A DNA stretch of 64,000 bases from Flammeovirgaceae bacterium UBA5585 (lineage in GTDB: Bacteria > Bacteroidota > Bacteroidia > Cytophagales > Cyclobacteriaceae). The notes under the pieces are model-generated. The model was given only the letters and a program-made list of their open reading frames with translations. It ran no database searches and was not told the origin of the DNA. Below are positions 1 to 8,704 of this stretch, piece by piece. Made by a program: the position numbers and the translations under genes. Each line of letters starts with the position of its first letter. Position 1 is the stretch's first letter. The stretch covers positions 386,865-450,864 of the forward strand of contig DILT01000013.1 in the NCBI GenBank assembly GCA_002425185.1. Direction: 5' to 3'.

Positions 1-34
1 AACCTCCCATCCTGAACAATCGCTTTATCGTATT

Positions 35-1174
35 ATGCAGCCCACCGGACTGATGTATGGGCAGACGGTAGGCCATATCAATCATCCGATGGCTGAGGCG
101 TGGAATGAACGGGACAAAATGAAAATTCTGTTGGCCGAAAGCCTGATCAGCAGCTCATTGCTATTTCATAACAAGCCGGTTAATACACCCGAGGAAGTTT
201 CGGAGGTGTTTATTAAGTCGCTGGAGAGCATCGGCAACTTTTATAACAATATTTTTCCAGAGCTGGCCACCCCTACCAAAACATTGTTTGGTAAAAAGCG
301 ATCCGCCCTTGAACTGGCTGAGCGGATTTTGGAAAAGCGAATTGACAGGGCCACATCCTATACGGGTAACTTCTGGACAAGCTTCTTTCACAATAGCTTA
401 TTGTTTCTGGATGTTTTTATTTTCGGTCAATGGATTCATACGAATGCCGATCGCATTGTTGCTGATTTTTTTCGGTATGAACGTGAGGAGTTACGTTTCT
501 CCGTGGTAAAAGTAATTGCCGCAGCCGCACACTCCGATCAGGTAATTAATTTTGAAGAGGCAAAATTATTGGAATACTTCATTCAGGGCACCGACCTATC
601 ACCTGAAAAGCGAAAGGAAGCGTTAATTATTTTTGATAAGGGAATTAGTATTGATGACATCAATCTTCCATCGGAAAACTCATGGATCTTAAAAAAATTC
701 TTTCTTGAGATAGCCATTCTCACTACTTGGGCCGACCGCAAAGTGGAACAAGCGGAACAGGATTTTTTAAAACTTTTCTGTGATTACCTCGGCTTTTCAG
801 AGGAGGATCTTGAAAATAGTATGATCGCTATTGAAGGGTTTGTGCTGGAGCACTGGCAGCAGTTGGAGTATCTTCAAGATAAACAAGATTACCAGCAGGT
901 AAGCGAACATTTCATTAAACGCGTGTCAAAAGTTGCCGAACGAAATAAAGGAAGAATTTTAAAGGAGATACAGGATCACAAAACGGTGATGCAGCTTTTA
1001 AGCAAGGCCCGCTCACAAGAATTAACCGCAAGCGAAGCCGACCAGGTGAGGAAAGAACTTATGATGGTGCTTAAAACCATACCTACATTTGTGATTATAT
1101 CGCTTCCGCAGCGTTTCTTAACACTGCCTATGCTTATGAAAATTCTTCCCCGCGATTTGTTTACAGAGAATTAG
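35..1174 (+). CDS. TerB-like / LETM1-related protein, function unknown
   Basis: 379-aa ORF. It has two TerB-like amphipathic repeats (VVKVIAAAAHSDQVINFEEAKLL; LEIAILTTWADRKVEQAEQDFL). The C-terminal segment resembles the LETM1 ribosome-binding-domain signature (LKTIPTFVIISLPQRFLTLPMLMKILPRDLF). The frame is open from nt 2, so the true start may lie upstream of the window. Confidence 0.55.
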   Translation: MQPTGLMYGQTVGHINHPMAEAWNERDKMKILLAESLISSSLLFHNKPVNTPEEVSEVFIKSLESIGNFYNNIFPELATPTKTLFGKKRSALELAERILEKRIDRATSYTGNFWTSFFHNSLLFLDVFIFGQWIHTNADRIVADFFRYEREELRFSVVKVIAAAAHSDQVINFEEAKLLEYFIQGTDLSPEKRKEALIIFDKGISIDDINLPSENSWILKKFFLEIAILTTWADRKVEQAEQDFLKLFCDYLGFSEEDLENSMIAIEGFVLEHWQQLEYLQDKQDYQQVSEHFIKRVSKVAERNKGRILKEIQDHKTVMQLLSKARSQELTASEADQVRKELMMVLKTIPTFVIISLPQRFLTLPMLMKILPRDLFTEN

Positions 1175-1176
1175 CC

Positions 1177-2202
1177 TCAATCCTCTTCAACATTCGAAGC
1201 CTTTCGCGGTATGACTATGGAGAATATAATGGAAAGAATAAGCGTGGCGATGATGACGGTAAAGGAGAGATAAACATTGACCTTTACGTCAACAATTTCC
1301 AAAAGCATTTTTGCGCCAATGAAAAACAGAATGATGGAAAGCCCCTTCTGCAACAGATAGAATCGGTCTATGATACCGGCCAGCAAGAAGAACATAGCCC
1401 GCAGCCCCAACACAGCAAAAATATTGGAAGTATAAATAAGGAATTCATTGGTGGTAATGGCAAATGCCGCAGGAATAGAATCCACGGCAAAAATCAGGTC
1501 AGTAGTTTCAATAAGAATGATTACCAGAAAGAGCGGAGTGAAATAAAGTTTTCCCTTCTCAAAAAAGGCAAACTGTCCACCTTTGTCATCAATTGATAAG
1601 GGCAAGTATCGTTTACAGAATTTTAAAATTGGATTCTTTTCAGGTTCAATTTTCTCATCGCCATCTTCGAAATAGATTCGGATACCCGAATAGATCAGGA
1701 ACACACCAAAGATGTAAAGAATCCAATGGAACTTGTGGATAAGGTAAGCACCTACAAAAATGAAAACCGCACGAAAGACAATGGCGCCCAGTATGCCCCA
1801 GAATAGAATTTTATGGTAATAGGTTTCATCAACCTTAAAGTATTTCAGAATGAGCAGGATGACAAAAATATTATCGATGGACAGCGCTTTTTCGGTTAGG
1901 TATGCTGAGAAATAAAGCAACCCGGCATCCGTTCCACTTAAAATCGTTTCAACCCCTTTTTCAATGGCCACATAAGGCCCCATGAAGTAGATGAGAAGAC
2001 CAAAGGCTGTTGACACGGCCACCCAAAAAACGGACTGCCAGAGTGCTGATTTGGTGGTGATTTTATGGGCTTGCTTGTTAAAAATGCCCAAATCAAGTAT
2101 TAGGAAAATAATGATAACAACTCCGAACAAGCCAAAAAGCAATAGCTCATTATCGTTGCCATCAAAAAGGTCTATCAAAAGTAATGTAAGAGGGCTGCGC
2201 AA
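1177..2202 (-). CDS. TerC family integral membrane protein
   Basis: 341-aa polytopic membrane ORF with TerC hallmark motifs (ALSIDNIFVILLI; DSIPAAFAITT). The start is TTG as drawn, with no in-frame ATG near the N-terminus. Confidence 0.85.
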   Translation of the reverse strand: MRSPLTLLLIDLFDGNDNELLLFGLFGVVIIIFLILDLGIFNKQAHKITTKSALWQSVFWVAVSTAFGLLIYFMGPYVAIEKGVETILSGTDAGLLYFSAYLTEKALSIDNIFVILLILKYFKVDETYYHKILFWGILGAIVFRAVFIFVGAYLIHKFHWILYIFGVFLIYSGIRIYFEDGDEKIEPEKNPILKFCKRYLPLSIDDKGGQFAFFEKGKLYFTPLFLVIILIETTDLIFAVDSIPAAFAITTNEFLIYTSNIFAVLGLRAMFFLLAGIIDRFYLLQKGLSIILFFIGAKMLLEIVDVKVNVYLSFTVIIATLILSIIFSIVIPRKASNVEED

Positions 2203-2223
2203 GGGGTTCCGTTTTCTAACTCA

Positions 2224-2269
2224 TTGAGAGACCTAATCACCTCATAATCAAGAGAAAAGAGTCTATCAA
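2224..2269 (-). promoter_or_regulatory. imperfect stem-loop in the terC leader
   Basis: The arms ttgagagac (2224-2232) and gtctatcaa (2261-2269) pair at 8 of 9 positions. The structure lies just downstream of the predicted -7 box. Confidence 0.35.
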
Positions 2270-2275
2270 AGCTTT

Positions 2276-2283
2276 CAAAAGTA
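2276..2283 (-). promoter_or_regulatory. Bacteroidota -7 box (TActTTTG) for terC
   Basis: The minus strand reads tacttttg, 73 nt upstream of the terC start, in the 163-nt fur-terC spacer. A TTTG lies about 17 nt upstream of the box. Confidence 0.4.
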
Positions 2284-2365
2284 CAACTATTTTTCAAACT
2301 CAAAAACTACCAATAAGGATTTATACGGGGTAAACGGAAAGTGAAACCAGGAATGGCAGAATTAT

Positions 2366-2776
2366 TCAACCACAATTTACACACACCCCCTGAATAAGCA
2401 GGTTCAACTCCGTTGCCCGGTAACCTTTAGGGAGTTTTACAGGCGGCACATCAATATTCAGGCAATTGGTTTGTCCGCACCGGCTGCATTTAAAATGAAC
2501 ATGATCGTGGTGGTGGCCGGTTAGGGTACATGCTTCTGAACAAAGGGCATACTTTAAGCTGCCCTCATCATCGAGTACTTTATGAATAAGGCCCTTGTCA
2601 AGAAAGGTTTTTAAGGTGCGGTACACGGTTACCCGGTCGAAGTGTGCTGGAATGCCCTTTTCAATATCGGCATGTGCCAATGCATAATTCTTTTTCAGGA
2701 AGAAATTTAAAATGGCCTTGCGACTGGGAGTTGAGCGCAACTTGAATTCTTTAAGAAGGTGTGGCGAACCGTTCAT
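2366..2776 (-). CDS. Fur family transcriptional regulator (Fur/Zur/PerR-like)
   Basis: 136 aa. It has a winged-helix segment (RVTVYRTLKTFLDKGLI), a His-rich site (HHHDHVHFKC) and paired CxxC motifs (CSRCG, CVNCG). Its start overlaps the stop of the upstream ABC gene (ATGA). Confidence 0.8.
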   Translation of the reverse strand: MNGSPHLLKEFKLRSTPSRKAILNFFLKKNYALAHADIEKGIPAHFDRVTVYRTLKTFLDKGLIHKVLDDEGSLKYALCSEACTLTGHHHDHVHFKCSRCGQTNCLNIDVPPVKLPKGYRATELNLLIQGVCVNCG

Positions 2777-4572
2777 TGTTCGTGAAGCTGCATTTTCAAC
2801 AGGTTACTGTATAACCCATTGTTTACTTGTGTAAGTTCAGCATGAGAGCCCATTTCTGCAAGTTGGCCTTGGTTAATTACAAAAATCCGGTCTACCTTTT
2901 TTATGGTGCTCAGCCGGTGGGCAATAATTATTGATGTTCGCCCCTCCATAAGCTTCTCCAGGGCTTGCTGAACCTGGTATTCAGAATGGGAGTCAAGCGA
3001 GCTGGTGGCCTCATCTAAAATCAGTATGGCCGGATCTTTTAAAATAGCACGGGCAATAGCAATGCGTTGACGCTGGCCACCTGAAAGTTTTACGCCTCGT
3101 TCGCCTACTACCGTATCAAACTTTTCAGGGAAACTTTCTATAAATTCAAGAGCATTGGCCTTACGGGCAGCTTCAACTATCTCTTGCTCGGTTGCTGTGG
3201 GATTTCCGTACGCAATATTCTCACGAATAGTGCCCCCAAACAGAATAACTTCCTGGGGTACAATGCCAATGTTCTTCCGGTAGTCGGTAAGGCTGAATGT
3301 TTGAATGTTAAATCCATCGGCTGTAATTGACCCATCGCTTACCGGATAGAAACGGAGCAATAAATTGATGATGGTCGATTTTCCGGATCCGCTTTGCCCT
3401 ACCAGCGCAATTTTTTCACCGGCTTTAATGCTGAAGTTCAGGTCTTTTAACACTTCGAAATCCGGTCGACTTGGGTAAGCAAAGTTTACATGTTGAAAAT
3501 CTATATCACCTTTGATTTTCACTGATGTAGCTGACGGGAGTTCAGCTTCATCCTTTTGATCCAGAATTTCAAGTAATCGTTCAGAAGCACCTATAGAACG
3601 TTGTAACTGTGTATAGATGTCACCAAGGCCGGCTATCGATCCGCCAATAAAAGAAGTGTAGATGATAAAGGAGAATAATTCGCCAACGGAAAGTTGGTTA
3701 TTCTGAACCAGTAGGGCACCGTACCAGCCAACAGCCACAATGCCTCCAAACAAGGCAAATATTACAAAGGATACAAAAAGCCCGCGGTAGCGCGCAGCCT
3801 GAATAGCAATTTTAACTACCTCACCTATTGATTTTTTAAAACGCACTAACTCAAAGAGTTCATTGGTGAAAGCTTTTACAACATGAATAGATTGCAGCGA
3901 TTCCTCCACCACTACATTTGCCTCGGCTAACTTATCCTGAGTTTTCTTTGAAAGTTTACGAATGTATTTTCCAAACACAAGCGCAAGAACGACCAGTACC
4001 GGAAAAGTGAGCAGCATAAAAACTGTAAGCTGCGGAGCCAGAAAGAAGATTATGCCTACACCAATAATCAGCGTAAGACTTTGACGCAAGAGCTCAGCAA
4101 GTGTTACGGTAAATGTATCTTGTAACGTGCCCACATCGGAGGTTATGCGACTCATCAATTCACCGATTCTCCGGTTGTCAAAAAACGATAACGGAAGCCA
4201 AATTATTTTTTGAAAGACACCGTGTCGTAAATCCGCAAGGGTTCGTTCGCTGGTTACGGAAAACGTATACACGCGCATGAAGGAAAAAAAGCTCTGAACG
4301 AGTAAGATTACCATCAGCGCTACAGCTACCTGATTAATGGTGGTAAAGTATGGCACAGGTTTGCCCGATGCTAAATCCAGTAACTGTCCGGCCAGATAAG
4401 GGAAAGAAAGTACAGTGCCGCTTGATAATGCCAGGCATACTAACCCTGCAATAAAGAGCCATTTGTGGGGCAACATAAACCGGAAAACTCCGATTAGCCT
4501 TTTAAGTGATGCTTTATTGATTTTTCGTTTGTCTTCTTCCCGAAGCGGTTCGCCTAATGTTCTTTTGGCCAT
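2773..4572 (-). CDS. ABC transporter permease/ATPase fusion (MsbA / multidrug exporter type)
   Basis: 599 aa. Six predicted TM helices are followed by Walker A (GQSGSGKST), the ABC signature (LSGGQRQRIAIARA) and Walker B (ILILDEATS). Confidence 0.9.
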   Translation of the reverse strand: MAKRTLGEPLREEDKRKINKASLKRLIGVFRFMLPHKWLFIAGLVCLALSSGTVLSFPYLAGQLLDLASGKPVPYFTTINQVAVALMVILLVQSFFSFMRVYTFSVTSERTLADLRHGVFQKIIWLPLSFFDNRRIGELMSRITSDVGTLQDTFTVTLAELLRQSLTLIIGVGIIFFLAPQLTVFMLLTFPVLVVLALVFGKYIRKLSKKTQDKLAEANVVVEESLQSIHVVKAFTNELFELVRFKKSIGEVVKIAIQAARYRGLFVSFVIFALFGGIVAVGWYGALLVQNNQLSVGELFSFIIYTSFIGGSIAGLGDIYTQLQRSIGASERLLEILDQKDEAELPSATSVKIKGDIDFQHVNFAYPSRPDFEVLKDLNFSIKAGEKIALVGQSGSGKSTIINLLLRFYPVSDGSITADGFNIQTFSLTDYRKNIGIVPQEVILFGGTIRENIAYGNPTATEQEIVEAARKANALEFIESFPEKFDTVVGERGVKLSGGQRQRIAIARAILKDPAILILDEATSSLDSHSEYQVQQALEKLMEGRTSIIIAHRLSTIKKVDRIFVINQGQLAEMGSHAELTQVNNGLYSNLLKMQLHEQ

Positions 4573-4574
4573 AG

Positions 4575-5165
4575 TTAATTTACCTGAATGGAGCCTTTAA
4601 TGGTAAAGTGGACAGAGTCGCCCACAAACATCTTTTGACCTCCTTCAACAGAGTAGGATGTGAGGATGTTTTTATTGTACAGATCGGTAAACTCCATCGT
4701 TAATTTTCGTTTGCTCTTTAACAATGAATTTTCCTGATAATAGAGTGCTTCTATTTTTCTAAGCTTAGCGGGCACATCCTGGTAGAACGTTTTTACATAA
4801 ACAATGGGCAATTCGCTGGTTGTGGTTAGCTGGCGTACTGTAAGGTTGCTCGTATTGTCAGGCAAGCCATCGGTTACTTCATAGTTGCCCCGGTTAATGG
4901 GTTTGTTGATTGATCCGATTTCCTTAAAGAGGTCAAGCTCGCGCGCCCAGGCTGCGCTGTCCTTCGGAACAAAAACACTGTCTTGCTTTATACCATTCAT
5001 AACGGCCATTTTCGAGACGGATGCTTGTTCTTTAACCAGGAATTCAATCTGATGTTGAATGAGACTGTCGATGTTAAAATAATAAGCCTTTTCTTGTTTC
5101 TTTTGATTGCATGAGCTCAGCATCCACAAGGCGGTTAGCAGCGATAAAATTTTCGTTAACCTCAT
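4575..5165 (-). CDS. hypothetical lipoprotein
   Basis: The ORF track gives 4575..5192. I prefer the ATG at 5165, which yields a lipobox signal (MRLTKILSLLTALWMLSSC) and removes the overlap with gpmI. No family recognised. Confidence 0.45.
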   Translation of the reverse strand: MRLTKILSLLTALWMLSSCNQKKQEKAYYFNIDSLIQHQIEFLVKEQASVSKMAVMNGIKQDSVFVPKDSAAWARELDLFKEIGSINKPINRGNYEVTDGLPDNTSNLTVRQLTTTSELPIVYVKTFYQDVPAKLRKIEALYYQENSLLKSKRKLTMEFTDLYNKNILTSYSVEGGQKMFVGDSVHFTIKGSIQVN

Positions 5166-5169
5166 GGCA

Positions 5170-6693
5170 TTATTTTTCAATGAGCACATCACCAGTCATC
5201 TGCGGAGGAATGGACAAACCCATGAGGGTAAGAATAGTGGGTGCCAGATCGCCCAGTTTGCCGTCCTTTATTTTTCCTTTATAAAAATCTGACACCAGAA
5301 TACACGGCACCAGGTTAGTAGTATGTGCGGTGTTGGGAGTTCCGTCTTCATTGATCATACAATCGGCATTGCCATGATCGGCAATAATAATGGTGGCATA
5401 TCCATTTTTCAATGCGGCCTCTGTTACCTTTTGTGCACAAGCATCAACAGTTTCACAAGCCTTTACCGCAGCCTCAAACACACCCGTGTGTCCAACCATA
5501 TCCGGATTGGCAAAATTCAGGCAAATAAAATCCGCCTCTTGTTTCTCCAGCTCCGGAATAATTTTGTCTTTAATATCGTTGGCACTCATTTCGGGTTGAA
5601 GATCATATGTTGCAACCTTTGGTGAGGGGCATAAAATTCTGCTCTCTCCTTCAAATACCTTTTCTCTTCCTCCGGAAAAGAAAAAGGTAACGTGAGGATA
5701 TTTTTCAGTTTCAGCAATGCGTATTTGCTTTTTGCCCGTATTGGCCAGCACTTCTCCCAATGTGTTTTCAAGGTTATCTTTATCAAAGATTACCCGCACA
5801 TCCGTAAATGTGTCATCGTAGTTTGTTAGGGTGGTATAATGAAGTTTGAGTTTCTTCATGTTTTGCTCGGGAAAATCCTGCTGTGTCAAAACCTGTGTAA
5901 TCTCCCTTCCTCTATCTGTACGAAAATTAAAACACAAAACCGCGTCACCGTCTTTAATGGTGGCAACGGGATTACCATTTTCGGTAGCAACGATCGGTTT
6001 AATAAACTCATCGGTTACGCCTTCCTTATACGATTGTTGAACGGCATCTAATACATTATCCGTCTTCAATCCAGTTCCATGCACCATTAAATCGTAGGCT
6101 AATTTTACCCGCTCCCAACGCTTGTCACGATCCATGGCATAATATCGGCCTATTATGCTGGCAATCTTTCCAACAGTATTGCGGGTGTGCCGCTGAAGAT
6201 CATTTAAATAGCCATAACCACCTTTTGGGTCGGTGTCACGACCATCCATAAAGGCGTGAATAAAAACATTCTTTACATTTTGGTTGGCAGCAATGGTGCA
6301 AATGCCTTTTAGATGATCAATATGAGAATGAACGCCACCATCCGATAACAATCCGATTAAGTGAAGTGGTCTATTGTTTTTCCTGGCGTAATCGAAAACC
6401 TCAAGCAAAGCCGGATGGGTATCCAACTCATGTTCAGCAATAGCTTTATTGATGCGAACTAAATCCTGATACACGACACGCCCTGCACCAATGTTCATAT
6501 GACCCACTTCGGAGTTTCCCATTTGCCCTTCCGGCAAACCAACCGAAAGGCCTGAGGCTTGTAAACGACTGTTAGGATATTTTGAATAGAGCGAATCGAC
6601 AAAGGGTGTGTTGGCTTTATCGATAGCAGAAACATTTTTATTGGTTGCAATACCCCATCCATCCAGGATCATCAACAGCACTTTTCGGCTCAT
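5170..6693 (-). CDS. gpmI: 2,3-bisphosphoglycerate-independent phosphoglycerate mutase
   Basis: 507 aa with iPGM motifs (LMILDGWG, NSEVGHMNIGAGR, IIADHGNAD). Confidence 0.95.
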   Translation of the reverse strand: MSRKVLLMILDGWGIATNKNVSAIDKANTPFVDSLYSKYPNSRLQASGLSVGLPEGQMGNSEVGHMNIGAGRVVYQDLVRINKAIAEHELDTHPALLEVFDYARKNNRPLHLIGLLSDGGVHSHIDHLKGICTIAANQNVKNVFIHAFMDGRDTDPKGGYGYLNDLQRHTRNTVGKIASIIGRYYAMDRDKRWERVKLAYDLMVHGTGLKTDNVLDAVQQSYKEGVTDEFIKPIVATENGNPVATIKDGDAVLCFNFRTDRGREITQVLTQQDFPEQNMKKLKLHYTTLTNYDDTFTDVRVIFDKDNLENTLGEVLANTGKKQIRIAETEKYPHVTFFFSGGREKVFEGESRILCPSPKVATYDLQPEMSANDIKDKIIPELEKQEADFICLNFANPDMVGHTGVFEAAVKACETVDACAQKVTEAALKNGYATIIIADHGNADCMINEDGTPNTAHTTNLVPCILVSDFYKGKIKDGKLGDLAPTILTLMGLSIPPQMTGDVLIEK

Positions 6694-6712
6694 AGTGTTA
6701 AAAATTTGAGTG

Positions 6713-6720
6713 CAAATATA
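6713..6720 (-). promoter_or_regulatory. Bacteroidota -7 box (TAtaTTTG) for gpmI operon
   Basis: The minus strand reads tatatttg, 19 nt upstream of the gpmI ATG. Confidence 0.45.
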
Positions 6721-6814
6721 CCATTGTAAACAAGCATTTTTGAGGGTTACTTAACGCCTTAGGCGGCATAGATGAAAACGCCTTTGAATTCGTTTGAGAA
6801 TAGACATTATGGCA

Positions 6815-6822
6815 TAATTTTG
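6815..6822 (+). promoter_or_regulatory. Bacteroidota -7 box (TAatTTTG)
   Basis: taattttg lies 16 nt upstream of the ATG at 6839. Confidence 0.45.
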
Positions 6823-6838
6823 GGTTAGATTTACTCCT

Positions 6839-7234
6839 ATGAAGAAGATTTTGATGGCAGGGCTGGTGGTTTGGCTAATATCCTTTATGCAGGTTTTTGC
6901 TCAGGGAACCGGTGTAGTTGAGCAGGTAAAGGAGTCGATAAAGGCAGGTAGCGCGAAGGAATTGGCCAAATACCTTAATGCTTCAGTTGATGTTACCATA
7001 GATGGCAAGCCCGAAACCTATAGCAAGGCGCAGGCCGAGTTTGTATTGCGCGATTTTTTTAAAGCTAACCCGCCATCCGAATTCAATATCATTCATCAGG
7101 GGCAGTCTAAAGGCGGTCAGCCGTTTGCCATTGGGCAGTACAAAAGTGGTTCCAGCACATTCAGGGTTTGGATGAAAATTAAAGTGGCCGGCAATCAATC
7201 CCTTGTTCAGGAGATCTCCTTTGTCAAGGAATAA
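6839..7234 (+). CDS. secreted small protein, DUF4783-like
   Basis: 131 aa. The signal peptide ends VFA-Q. Size and position next to nadC fit the Bacteroidota DUF4783 family. Assigned from memory only. Confidence 0.5.
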   Translation: MKKILMAGLVVWLISFMQVFAQGTGVVEQVKESIKAGSAKELAKYLNASVDVTIDGKPETYSKAQAEFVLRDFFKANPPSEFNIIHQGQSKGGQPFAIGQYKSGSSTFRVWMKIKVAGNQSLVQEISFVKE

Positions 7235-7289
7235 TTCTCATTTTAGTTAAAATACTTTCTATTAATCGCACGGGTTTGTAGCCCAACTC

Positions 7290-7297
7290 TATTTTTG
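7290..7297 (+). promoter_or_regulatory. Bacteroidota -7 box (TAttTTTG) for nadC
   Basis: tatttttg lies only 4 nt upstream of the GTG at 7302. Confidence 0.35.
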
Positions 7298-7301
7298 CGG
7301 T

Positions 7302-8159
7302 GTGAAACCGTACTATATAACAACTGAATTTTTGCTCAGCTTCATTCAAGCTGCACTTCTTGAAGATGTTGGTGAAGGGGATCATTCAACCCTGGCCGCA
7401 ATACCGGCAGACAAACAGGGGAAAGCCCAACTGCTTGTAAAGGATAATGGCATACTTGCCGGCTTAGAACTGGCGACTGAAATTTTCAGGCAATTTGATA
7501 ACCGGCTTGAGGTAAAGACAAACCTGACGGATGGTGCTGCGGTTTTTCAGGGTAGTATTGCATTTACAGTGCATGGCAGTATTCGCTCTATACTTACTAC
7601 TGAGCGTTTAGTTCTCAATTGCATGCAGCGCATGAGCGGAATCGCCACACACACCAATCGTTTGGTAAAACTGGTGGAGGGTACAGGGGCAAGGCTTTTG
7701 GATACCCGTAAAACCACACCCAACTTTCGTCTGTTGGAAAAGTGGGCTGTACTGATTGGTGGCGGTCAAAACCATCGCATCGGGTTATACGATATGATTA
7801 TGCTAAAGGATAACCATATTGATATGGCCGGAGGTATGGAGCAGGCAATCATTCGAACAAAAGAGTATCTTCGCGCCATAAATAAAGACCTCAAAATTGA
7901 GGTGGAAGCCCGCACACTTAAAGAGGTAAGAGAGGTGATTCAAATTGGTGGGGTGGATGTGATAATGTTGGACAATATGTCTGTACAGGATATGCAGGAG
8001 GCAGTGAAGTTGATTGATGGGAGATGCAAGACAGAAGCCAGTGGTGGAATTACTGAGGACACGATTAGACGTGTAGCAGAGTGCGGAGTAGATTTTATTT
8101 CAGTTGGTGCGCTTACCCATTCAGTAAAAAGTCTTGACCTGAGTTTAAAAGTATATTGA
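7302..8159 (+). CDS. nadC: nicotinate-nucleotide (quinolinate) pyrophosphorylase
   Basis: 285 aa with motifs ALLEDVGEGDHST, LLDTRKTTP and IMLKDNHI. The start is GTG as drawn; an alternative in-frame TTG lies at 7332. Confidence 0.9.
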   Translation: MKPYYITTEFLLSFIQAALLEDVGEGDHSTLAAIPADKQGKAQLLVKDNGILAGLELATEIFRQFDNRLEVKTNLTDGAAVFQGSIAFTVHGSIRSILTTERLVLNCMQRMSGIATHTNRLVKLVEGTGARLLDTRKTTPNFRLLEKWAVLIGGGQNHRIGLYDMIMLKDNHIDMAGGMEQAIIRTKEYLRAINKDLKIEVEARTLKEVREVIQIGGVDVIMLDNMSVQDMQEAVKLIDGRCKTEASGGITEDTIRRVAECGVDFISVGALTHSVKSLDLSLKVY

Positions 8160-8196
8160 GAATTTACAAATTGATGACTGTTTAGTTGAGAAGATT

Positions 8197-8673
8197 ATGA
8201 TTGTTAAAACAAAGAATTACAAACTTGAAAAAAAGACCTACATCCGGTTGGCGTTAAGAAATATATTAAAACAGCAAGGCTGGATAGCCGTGTTAGCAGC
8301 ACTGGCTATTTGTTTGTGTTACCTCTGGATTCCCAGTATTTGGTGGTTTATAGGAGCATTTCTGGGACTTGGTCTTTACCTGCTATTTTGGTGGATTCAG
8401 TTTTTTGGTGTTACACAACTGGAGCAGGGAAAAATGTTGTTTGAAAAGTTCTCCTACGAAATCAGCAGTCAGCAGATACTGATGAAAATAAATCCACGCG
8501 AAGGCATGCCCATGAAGTGGGATCAGATAAAAAAAGCGGCCATTGGCAAAGACTATTTCGTATTGTTCGTCAATAAAGCACAAATGATTTACCTGCCTTT
8601 TAAAATTTTCAATACCGAAAACGAGCGGAAATTCTTAACCAGCATTTTACGAACAAAGGGCTTCATCAAATAA
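8197..8673 (+). CDS. YcxB-like membrane protein
   Basis: 158 aa. A two-helix TM hairpin (residues about 28-70) is followed by a soluble domain, the same layout as YcxB family proteins. Confidence 0.4.
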   Translation: MIVKTKNYKLEKKTYIRLALRNILKQQGWIAVLAALAICLCYLWIPSIWWFIGAFLGLGLYLLFWWIQFFGVTQLEQGKMLFEKFSYEISSQQILMKINPREGMPMKWDQIKKAAIGKDYFVLFVNKAQMIYLPFKIFNTENERKFLTSILRTKGFIK

Positions 8674-8704
8674 TAGTTGAAGGTGCCGGAGCCTAACATC
8701 GTGT

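Noticed and set aside
1172-1179. Identical 8-mer TAGCCTCA at two convergent stop-stop junctions (1172-1179 and 60321-60328)
   Set aside because: The identity does not extend into the flanks. It is most simply two stop codons (TAG and TGA) separated by CC, so probably coincidence.
2203-2365. yybP-ykoY (Mn) riboswitch upstream of terC
   Set aside because: The minus-strand RNA lacks the conserved GGAGAGUAG-type and GACAUA / GAGACC loop sequences. The only GAGAGACC string is on the wrong strand. This needs cmsearch to be definitive.
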